Below, piece after piece: positions 19,893 to 27,702 of a DNA stretch of 64,000 bases. Source of the DNA: an uncultured Gemmatimonadales bacterium (GTDB taxonomy: Bacteria; Gemmatimonadota; Gemmatimonadetes; Palauibacterales; Palauibacteraceae); contig CAWECO010000003.1 in NCBI GenBank assembly GCA_963807645.1, positions 38,005 through 102,004 on the forward strand, written 5' to 3'. The position numbers and the translations under genes are program-made. The notes beneath the pieces were generated by a model. That model had not been told where the DNA came from. It ran no database searches and saw only the letters and a program-made list of their open reading frames with translations. Numbering within the stretch: position 1 is the stretch's first letter; each line of letters opens with the position of its first letter.

Positions 19893-21149
19893 CTGGAGTT
19901 GACCCTTCTCCGCGGACAGTTTCTGGTTTGAGACTCAAGCCGCGGAATCGCGTCTCCCTTCGTAGTTGAGCGGAGACAGGTGACCGAGGGCCGAGTGCCT
20001 GCGGTGCGGGTTGTACCAGGCCTCGATGAAGTCGAACACGGCCATCCTCGCCTCGGCCTGGTTGCGGAACCGTTACCTCTCCAGAGAGCTCACACTCGAG
20101 CGTGGCGAAGAAGCTCTCGCACATCGCGTTGTCGTAGGCATCGCCGACCGAGCCCATGGAGGGCGCACGCCGGCCTGCTTGCAGCGCAGTCCGAAGGCGA
20201 TCGAGGTGTACTGCGTGCCCTGGTCCGAGTGGTGGATCATCGAGTCGGGATTCCGCTGCCAGAGGGCCATGTTCAGGGCCTGGAGCACGAGCGTCGGTCC
20301 TCAGGTGCGTCTCCATCGACCAGCCGACGACTCGGCGGCTCCAGGCATCGACGACGACCGCCAGGTACAGGAAGCCGCTCCAGGTCGGAACGTAGGTGAT
20401 GTCAGCCACCCACAGCTGATCGGGCCGATCCGCCGCGAAGTCCCGGTCCACCAGGTCCGGGGCCGGGCGCGCGTCCTTGTCCCTCTTCGTCGTGCGCCAC
20501 TTCTTCCGTCTGCGTCGCACCCTGCAGGCCGTCGAGAGCCGTGAGCCGGGTGACCCTCTTGTGGTTCACCCGCCACCCTTCGTCCCTGAGCTCGGCGTAG
20601 ATCCGCGGCCGCCCGTAGGTCTCCCGGCTGAATGTATGGATTTCTCGCATCCGCTCGAGCAGACGCTGGTTCGCGACCTCCCGCACCGACGGCGGCCGAC
20701 CCCGCCACGCGTAGTAGCCGCTGGGGGAGACGCCCAGCACGCGACACATCGTACGAATGGGATAGTCGGCCCGGTGCTCGCTCGCGAATCGGTACGCTTC
20801 AAGGGTACCGTCCCCGTCTCCTGCGCGAACCAGACCGCGGCTTCTTTTAGGATCTCACGCTCGATCTTGAGCTGCTTGTTCTCCCGGCGCAGTCGCCGGA
20901 GCTCTTCCCGCTCCGCGCTCGTCAGGTTGTCGGTGCGACGCCCCTGATCCAGGTCGGCCTGCCGGACCCAGATGTGGATCGTCTGCGCCGAGGGTTCGAA
21001 TTCACGCGACAGTGACTCCGGCGTTCGGCCCGATCGGACCAGCGCCACCATCTGCTCGCGAAACTCCGGCGGGTACGGCGGATTGTGTTCCTGGCATCGT
21101 GGACTCCTCTCTCCCAAGAGATCGGGTGTCCACGGAACGGTCCATACCA
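19893..21149 (-). mobile_element. IS3-family insertion sequence, roughly full length but decayed (orfA/orfB pseudogenes)
   Basis: orfA: PPYPPEFREQMVALVRSGRTPESLSREFEPSAQTIHIWVRQADLDQGRR..ELRRLRRENKQLKIEREILKEAAVWFAQE. orfB pieces lie in shifting frames: YRFASEHRADYPIRTMCRVLGVSPSGYYAWR..; DRDFAADRPDQLWVADITYVPTWSGFLYLAVVVDAWSRRVVGW; HHSDQGTQYTS; SMGSVGDAYDNAMCESFFATLECEL; RFRNQAEARMAVFDFIEAWYNPHRRHSALGHLSPLNYE. Besides the normal orfA/orfB -1 offset there are at least 4 more frame breaks, an out-of-frame ATG and an in-frame TAA (LLER*RFRNQ). Imperfect terminal inverted repeats begin TGGAGTTGACC.. and TGGTATGGACC... Confidence 0.8.
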
Positions 21150-21426
21150 TCTCGCAACCACCAGATTGGGAGACTATGGCACTGAAGCAACAGTTGCTTG
21201 AGTAGACATCACGGTTCATCTTCACGTTGGCCCCAAATATGGCAATTGCACCTGGCGAGCCAAGCAGCACCCCCTCCTGCTGACCGATTGCCTGCGCATT
21301 TGTCTTCCCGGCGAGCCATGCTCGGGGCAGCTAGAGATCACGACGCAGACCTCGGGGGACGGCTGCAACCGGTAGGTAGACTTAAGGGCTGACGATTCCT
21401 TTCTGAAATTCATTCTTTAGTGAACA

Positions 21427-22383
21427 ATGAATCTAAAAAGCTATTTACCCAGCATCAAACCATACATTCACGGTGATTATAACTATAAGTTTACGGTGTT
21501 CATCCCCGTGTATAATGGAGAAAAGACCATTATTCGGGCATTAGAGTCCATTGAGGCACAGACTTTTAGGGATTTCGAGGTTCTGATCATTAATGACGGT
21601 TCGACAAATGCCACTGGCAAAGTCGTTCGAGACTACATGAGTGAATCAAGTTTGGACATCAGATTCATAGACAATCCTGAAAATATCAATAGGCGTGGCA
21701 CTGTCTACCAGGGTGTTTCTTTGGCTCAAGGAGAGTTTTTTCTCATACATGATGCAGACGATAGTTGCTTCCCAGATGCTTTGAGAGTTTTCGCAGACGC
21801 CTACGAGAGTATTCCTGAAGAACTCAGACATAGAGTAAGTGGTGTGACTGCACACTGTGTTGACCAAGACGGGAACCTAGTTGGGACGAGGTTGACTACT
21901 AACCCATTGTATTGCAATGCGTTGGAGTTCAGGTATTACCACAAGATCATTGGCGAAAAGTGGGGCTTCACAAAAACCGACATTCTAAAGCAGATCTCAA
22001 TAGATGAGTCACTCTTCGAACGAGGTCGGATTCCTGACGGGTATTTGTGGCTTACAATAGCCAAAGAAGGCTACATAACGAAGTATATAGACGATGTAAC
22101 AAGAGTCTATTTCACAGATACCGAGAACAGCTTATCGAAACTAGAGTACAGTCGAAAAGCTTTCGGTATGGCAATCTACTCCATCCTATTTCTGAACTAC
22201 TTCCATCGTGATTATCTTCTGAGAATACCCAAAGTATTCATAAGAAGACTCGTATCTATACTGAAAGCTTCGAACTACTTGGAGTATACAATGTCAACAT
22301 ATTTCAACTCAATTGAAAGCAGGATCATGAAGCTACTGTTCTTAGTACTGTGGCCATTGCGTAAGATCGCCCAATACGCATAG
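21427..22383 (+). CDS. glycosyltransferase family 2, compositionally foreign (low GC)
   Basis: KFTVFIPVYNGEKTIIRALESIEAQTFRDFEVLIINDGSTNATG and LIHDADD (DxD). Hand counts of two 60-nt lines give 33% and 40% GC, against 75% for a line just downstream (22441-22500). Confidence 0.85.
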   Translation: MNLKSYLPSIKPYIHGDYNYKFTVFIPVYNGEKTIIRALESIEAQTFRDFEVLIINDGSTNATGKVVRDYMSESSLDIRFIDNPENINRRGTVYQGVSLAQGEFFLIHDADDSCFPDALRVFADAYESIPEELRHRVSGVTAHCVDQDGNLVGTRLTTNPLYCNALEFRYYHKIIGEKWGFTKTDILKQISIDESLFERGRIPDGYLWLTIAKEGYITKYIDDVTRVYFTDTENSLSKLEYSRKAFGMAIYSILFLNYFHRDYLLRIPKVFIRRLVSILKASNYLEYTMSTYFNSIESRIMKLLFLVLWPLRKIAQYA

Positions 22384-23440
22384 GCGATTCGATCAATAGC
22401 GGCTGGCCACCCTCGTGCCGCTGCGCCGCGTGCACCGGCACGGCTACCACCGGTGCCGCCGCAGACCTCTCGTTTCCGCAGACGACTGGGGCCCGGCCCG
22501 TCTCCGCACCTGCTCGCCGGACTGCTCCCCTTGGATCCCGACGTATCTCGTCCCACTGGGCCTCTCTGCTCGTCCGGATCCACCACGCGCTTCCCCTCGT
22601 CTGCTCCCGATGCGGCTGATCGCCGTTCGCACCGACCTACTACTCAAACAGGGATGGGGACTTCGAAGTGTGCGTGTCGGAATCGCCAGGATCTTCCACC
22701 AAGGTCACAAGCAATACCGTAGTGGACGGCTGGCCGGACTGGGGGCCGTAGGACACCTATCGAGTTAAGATGCCAGAGAAGCGCTCGGTTCGCACTGGGC
22801 GCTTTCGCGCTGTACCTCGGTTTTGTTGTCTTGCTTTGGCACGCGGTTTCAAGTGTGAGGCGGAGCGCGAAGTGGGTGCCTAGCTTCCTCTGGCTGGACG
22901 AGGATTGTGGAGCCTACGTGGCGGACGGGAGTCGTACTATGGACTCTGAAGACTGAGGGCGAGTAACGCTCTTCCCGCTGCCGGCCCTCGGATTCACGAG
23001 GTGGCAGTCCGTTAAGAGATCCCGGAATAGACCCTCGGAATCAAGACGATCGCAGACTATTCGCACTTCATCGTTCAGAGTCGCTCGTTGGATCGTGCGG
23101 CGATTGTGGCAACCGCGCAACGGTACCATCTTGTTGGTACCGTCCGGGCGCACCGATGCTGGAGCGAGACGGATTGGAGGATGAGGTCTCGGCGGGCCTG
23201 CAGCTAGTAGTTACAGGACCTTAGAGTCTTCTACCGGGGCTTCTGGTGCCGTAGTATGGACCTTGGACAGGGGGATTAGGCTTGACTCTTGCGTGGCGGC
23301 CTATCGACGAGCGACCGGCAAACAGTCACACTGGGTGGTTGAATGGAGATTGCGCCTGTGAGCAGTGAGTTCGAGGGAAACGCCGCGCTGGCGGGCGGAC
23401 TAATCCCTCGGATTCCTTTGACCTTTGGCATTACTTCGGC

Positions 23441-25033
23441 GTGCTGCGCCGGCGGTGGTGGCTCATCGCGAGCACCACCCTTGTGGCCCTTGGCATGGCG
23501 TGGTGGTCGCAACGCAGTGAGTTACCAAGTTACACGGCGGAAACGCTGCTCCAGCAGGTCGCGGACCAGGCGTCCGCGTCGCCATGGGGCTTCATGATCG
23601 ACCAGGGTATGGGGGCGCACCTCGATATCATCCGGAGTGCAGAGGTGCTTACGCCGGTGGTGGACTCACTGGGGCTGCAGATGCGCCTACGCAACTACCA
23701 GGAGCGGCGGAGTGAGATCATCGGACAGTTCGCGGCTGACCGTGCGGCGGACCAGTCTTCCTACGAGATCAAAAAGGAAGGATCGGATGTGGTCCTCGTT
23801 CACACTCGTTCAGGCAGGGAGTTGACGAGAGCCCCGGCAAGCTCTGTCCTTGAGGGCCCCGGCTTTTCGCTTCGAGTGGACGATCTCACCGTTATCGACG
23901 AGCCACTGCAGTTTCAGGTAAGGAACTTCGACGTTGCCACGGAGTCGCTCGAGCGAAAGCTCCGCATCGAGCAAGGAACGGGCCCTGACTTGGTCTGGAT
24001 TCGGTTCTCGGACCCGGATCCCCAGTTCGCTGCTGACGTTGTAAATAGCGTGGCGCAGGCTTACCAGAGACACCGGGCGCAGTCTGCCCGGGAGACGGCG
24101 GGACGCCGTCGGCAGTTTGTAGCAGTTCAGTTGGCCGGTATTGCCGATTCTCTTCACTTGGCGCAGCAGACTGTGATCGACTACCAGACTCAGACCCTCT
24201 ATGATCCGAACACGGAGGGAAGCGCGGTCGTTTCAGAACTCCTGCAGATGGATAACGCCCTTCGCGAATTGCGTTACCAGGAGACCCTCCTTTCGAGCTT
24301 GGTAGCCGGTTTGCAGACGAGTGGGGAGAACGATCAGGCCTTGCAGCAGATCATGGCGCTCGGGGCCGATCTCGTGCCGCAGGGTCCCCAGCTGAGCCGG
24401 AACCTCCAGGATCTCCAACTCAGGCGTGCCGAGCTGACCGCGTCCAGGTTCGGCGCTACGTCGCAGGATCCGCAAGTTCAGGTCGTGGACTCGTTGATCG
24501 TGGAGACCAAGATGCAGGCGCGGCTGGCGGCCGAGCAGGCGTTGCAACTCTTGAGGGATCGAATCAGACAGGATGAGCTCCGATACGGACAGCTCAGCGG
24601 CAGGGCAGGTAGCCTTCCCGTGCGGACCGCCGAGTATGCTCGCCTCGAAGACCGGGTAGAGGCCATTCGGCGCATCTTCGACCAGCTGGTGGCTCGCTAC
24701 TTCGAGGCCCAGATCGCTGAGGGAGTGGAAGTGGGGGACATCGATGTCGTGGCCCCGGCCGCCGTGCCGGTGTGGCCCGATCCTTCACTCAAGAGGATGA
24801 ACCTGATCATCGGTGCCATGGCAGGGTTCCTCCTCGGTTTGGTAGGCGCGCTGGTAATCGATCAGGCAGATTCGAGAATCCGGCGGCCGACGGATATCAA
24901 GAACGCTGCGAACCTCGAGGTTGTGGGCACGATTCCCAATATCCAGGGGATCGCGACGGGTTCGGTCGCGGCCGAGATCGGCAAGGATGCTTTCAGAGCG
25001 CTACGCACGCACCTTACGCTTCGCGCTTCTTAA
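23441..25033 (+). CDS. polysaccharide co-polymerase (Wzz/GumC-type chain-length determinant) = N-terminal part of a Wzc-like protein
   Basis: RRRWWLIASTTLVALGMAWW TM1, PSYTAETLLQ, a long coiled-coil periplasmic region and TM2 MNLIIGAMAGFLLGLVGALVI. It ends inside the FRALRT-LRFAL kinase-entry motif. The conserved DSFDLWHYFG lies upstream of the GTG with no in-frame start. An ATG at 23343 in another frame suggests a further frame break near 23395-23405. Confidence 0.8.
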   Translation: MLRRRWWLIASTTLVALGMAWWSQRSELPSYTAETLLQQVADQASASPWGFMIDQGMGAHLDIIRSAEVLTPVVDSLGLQMRLRNYQERRSEIIGQFAADRAADQSSYEIKKEGSDVVLVHTRSGRELTRAPASSVLEGPGFSLRVDDLTVIDEPLQFQVRNFDVATESLERKLRIEQGTGPDLVWIRFSDPDPQFAADVVNSVAQAYQRHRAQSARETAGRRRQFVAVQLAGIADSLHLAQQTVIDYQTQTLYDPNTEGSAVVSELLQMDNALRELRYQETLLSSLVAGLQTSGENDQALQQIMALGADLVPQGPQLSRNLQDLQLRRAELTASRFGATSQDPQVQVVDSLIVETKMQARLAAEQALQLLRDRIRQDELRYGQLSGRAGSLPVRTAEYARLEDRVEAIRRIFDQLVARYFEAQIAEGVEVGDIDVVAPAAVPVWPDPSLKRMNLIIGAMAGFLLGLVGALVIDQADSRIRRPTDIKNAANLEVVGTIPNIQGIATGSVAAEIGKDAFRALRTHLTLRAS

Positions 25034-25679
25034 GGACCAGCCCAGGCTGATTGCTGTGACGAGTGCCACTCCCAGGGACGGGAAGAGCACCGTCGCGACG
25101 AACCTGGCTCTTACCCTGGCGGACCAGGGAAGTCGGGTCCTTGTCGTTGACGCAGACTTGAGGAGACCCCAGGTCCATACCGCCTTTGGCCTGGAACAGT
25201 CTCCTGGCATATCCGACGTCCTGACCGGTGTCGCCTCAATCGATGAGGCCATTCAAGGACTGTCGGGTAGCCCGACGCTGTCCCTGCTGGCATGCGGGAC
25301 GGCAGTCGAGCGACCGACCGAATTGATCGGCAACGAGGGCTTCGAGGCACTCATGACCGAGCTGAGGACGCGCTTCGACTACATAGTGGTGGACACTCCG
25401 CCTCTCTTGGCCGTCACTGACGCGGCTCTGGTAGGAGCGGTTGCGGATGGAACGCTTGTCGTCGTTCGTGCCAACAAGACGGACCTGGGGGCGCTAAGCA
25501 CGGCTGTGAGCCAGCTACGGCGTCTACGCGTCCCGCTCCTGGGCGTGGTCATGAATGGAGTCCCGACCGGAAGGTCGTCAGGCTACTCGTACACTCCTGA
25601 ATACTATCCGAGCTACGCTGGGGAAGCAGGTGCGTCTCCGGAGGTCGAGCGAAAGCGTCCGCTTCTGAAGTCCGGCTGA
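24987..25679 (+). CDS. BY-kinase (CpsD/Wzc-type protein-tyrosine kinase) domain
   Basis: Walker A IAVTSATPRDGKSTVATNLA, A-prime VLVVDADLRRP, Walker B YIVVDTPPLLAVTDA and a Tyr-rich tail GYSYTPEYYPSYAG. It overlaps the co-polymerase ORF in the +1 frame. The join around 25005-25015 reads ..FRALRTH|LRFALLKDQPRLIAVTS. Confidence 0.8.
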   Translation: MLSERYARTLRFALLKDQPRLIAVTSATPRDGKSTVATNLALTLADQGSRVLVVDADLRRPQVHTAFGLEQSPGISDVLTGVASIDEAIQGLSGSPTLSLLACGTAVERPTELIGNEGFEALMTELRTRFDYIVVDTPPLLAVTDAALVGAVADGTLVVVRANKTDLGALSTAVSQLRRLRVPLLGVVMNGVPTGRSSGYSYTPEYYPSYAGEAGASPEVERKRPLLKSG

Positions 25680-25765
25680 GCAACAGAGCTGAGGCAGCGG
25701 AGCGCAGCGCCGCTACCAGTAGCGCTTTCACAACGATCCAACCGAGGGCACAGGCCTGCGAAGGG

Positions 25766-27601
25766 ATGCACACACTCTCATATTTTCTGGCGGCTATTCG
25801 CCCGGTCGGCGACTATGCGACTGACCTTGCGACAGATTCAGTATTCTGCGGGAGACCCCCTGGCGACATAGTCTTCTCGGTCGTGTGCGGGGATTTCGAA
25901 ATCTGCTTGCTGACCTCTCGGACTACCGGAGTCGTGTCGAGTGATGTCGACGGCGGCGTGATTCTCGTGCTTCACGGCGAGCTGTACTCCGGCTCCGGAC
26001 CGACATCGGCGGAAGGATGCCTCGAAGCCTATATGCAGCGGGGGTTGAGCTTCCTGCCTGACCTGCACGGTTCGTTCGCATTGACCGTCATCGACGGAAG
26101 GCAGGGGCGGGTATTCCTCGCAACGGATCTGCTGAACAGCAGGAAGCTGTTCTTCGGCAAGCACCGGGGCCTGGCGTGGATATCCACGATGCACGCGTTT
26201 CATCTTCACCCTTGCTCGGGAAGGCCGGACCCGGCTGGTGTGGCGCACTGTCTCGTGAACGGAATACCGCTCAACGGTCTGACGCCCTTCGAGGGAGTAC
26301 GCGTGCTGGAGCGGGCGTCGATTCACGAGATTCGGGGACTCGACATGAAGTCGGAGTCCTACTGGCAGTATTCGCCGCGACCCCGGACGGATCGGTTGGA
26401 AGGAGCCTTCAAGAAGGATGTGCAAGACACTCTTGTCGCAGCGATTGGGCGACGAGTGTCGCAGGACGAACCGGCGGTCCTGTCGCTCAGCGGAGGCTAC
26501 GATTCAACGGCCGTTCTGGGCACCCTTCGCCACCTCCAGGTGACGGACGTTCGGTGCATTACGTACAAGATACCCGGGGAAGGAGATCTCGGCGATGCGG
26601 GCGTTGCGGGGAAGATGGCGACCATCGCCGGCTATCCTCACACGGAGATCGAAGCGTACAGGGATGATGTCGCCGCCGTCATTGCCGAGAACGTCCGTTG
26701 GGGAAACGGGCTCACTCGCCTCGTGGTGGAGACAGATGCCTGGAGGTCTTTGAGAGAGTGCTTGCCAAGCGATCGTCGAACCACGTTCTGGGTGGCGGAC
26801 GAGTGCTTCGGAATGGTTCCTTCCCACACACTTCTCGACGACGCGGACGTGCTGAACAGTCTGGCGTTCGCTGACTGGAGCAGTCTCGGGCCGCTGACGG
26901 CCCTGTTTCCTCGGACCGTGACGTCGTTGCTCGGGGGTGCGTTGCGCGCAGACCTGGATTCAATGCTCGAGCGCAACCGGGCGATCCAGGACCCGTACGT
27001 CCTCCGCGAATGCCTATACCTCGAACAGCGGCTTCCGCGCATTCTCTCGTGGCGCGAGGCTTATGCGGGATCGTGCGGTGAGGTGAGAATCCCGCTGATT
27101 GACAGAGAGGTCCTGGAACTCAGACAGCAGCTCCCGCAGCACATGAAACTGGAAAGGCGACTGTACAAAGAGACGGTGACGGAGTTGTTCCCGGACCTGT
27201 TTGCGATTGGCCGTGCCGTTGGGCCCGGGTGGTTCGCTGGCAACTGGTGCCGGGAAGCGGTACGGACACAATCTGACCGACTGGCGCGGATGGTCAGAGC
27301 GAACGCGAGCCCGCTTGACGAGTACCTGCCGCCCGAAATGCTTCTCCGCGTGATAGGTCAGGAAGCCCGGCGCGCAGCCGCGATACGAAGGCTGGCCTGG
27401 AGGGCGCGCAGAGGGCTGCGGAACCGGCTACCGTTGATCGGCAGGCCTGGCGTGGAAAACGGACGGCCACGCAGACCAACCGTGGATTCGGCAGTGTTCC
27501 TCCTGCGAGCGATCACTCTCAGGGAGGTGTTCCGCAGCCGCGCCAAGAACGCCGCGGCTCGAGGGGCTCAGGCAGAGAGGATTGGTCCGAGACTTGCATG
27601 A
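25766..27601 (+). CDS. asparagine-synthase-family protein with shortened/degenerate glutaminase domain
   Basis: PP-loop LSLSGGYDSTAVLG, and HGELYSG..LHGSFALTVIDGRQGRVFLATDLLNSRKLFF matches the distal half of the Ntn domain. HRGPD and RLSIxD are absent. ATG 25766 gives no Cys2. An internal GTG at 25883 would give MCGDFE... Confidence 0.75.
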   Translation: MHTLSYFLAAIRPVGDYATDLATDSVFCGRPPGDIVFSVVCGDFEICLLTSRTTGVVSSDVDGGVILVLHGELYSGSGPTSAEGCLEAYMQRGLSFLPDLHGSFALTVIDGRQGRVFLATDLLNSRKLFFGKHRGLAWISTMHAFHLHPCSGRPDPAGVAHCLVNGIPLNGLTPFEGVRVLERASIHEIRGLDMKSESYWQYSPRPRTDRLEGAFKKDVQDTLVAAIGRRVSQDEPAVLSLSGGYDSTAVLGTLRHLQVTDVRCITYKIPGEGDLGDAGVAGKMATIAGYPHTEIEAYRDDVAAVIAENVRWGNGLTRLVVETDAWRSLRECLPSDRRTTFWVADECFGMVPSHTLLDDADVLNSLAFADWSSLGPLTALFPRTVTSLLGGALRADLDSMLERNRAIQDPYVLRECLYLEQRLPRILSWREAYAGSCGEVRIPLIDREVLELRQQLPQHMKLERRLYKETVTELFPDLFAIGRAVGPGWFAGNWCREAVRTQSDRLARMVRANASPLDEYLPPEMLLRVIGQEARRAAAIRRLAWRARRGLRNRLPLIGRPGVENGRPRRPTVDSAVFLLRAITLREVFRSRAKNAAARGAQAERIGPRLA

Positions 27602-27609
27602 CGACCGAA

Positions 27610-27645
27610 CGTCCGACTGTAGATCGGCGAACATACTCGGACGTC
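27610..27645 (+). terminator. stem-loop after the AsnB-like gene
   Basis: ACGTCCGA (27610-27617) pairs with TCGGACGT (27638-27645): a perfect 8-bp stem with a 20-nt loop, 9 nt after the stop. No U-tract. Confidence 0.3.
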
Positions 27646-27653
27646 TCAGCGGA

Positions 27654-27665
27654 GTGAGATCTCAC
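27654..27665. promoter_or_regulatory. perfect 12-bp palindrome GTGAGATCTCAC (candidate operator)
   Basis: It lies 38 nt upstream of the GTG start (GGAGG SD) of the repeat lipoprotein gene, in a 100-nt intergenic region. Confidence 0.25.
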
Positions 27666-27702
27666 ATACTCTTGCATTCTACCGTACTTTTGGAGGTTTA
27701 CC

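Noticed and set aside
16333-21149. Composite transposon carrying the lyase gene
   Set aside because: The flanking IS fragments belong to different IS3-family elements, are truncated or decayed, and I could not find matching target-site duplications (flanks TAC vs TCT for the 19893-21149 copy).
19893-21149. Active IS3 with only the programmed -1 frameshift
   Set aside because: Beyond the normal orfA/orfB offset there are several extra frame breaks, an out-of-frame initiation codon and an in-frame TAA inside the conserved LLERRRFRNQ segment, so the transposase cannot be made.
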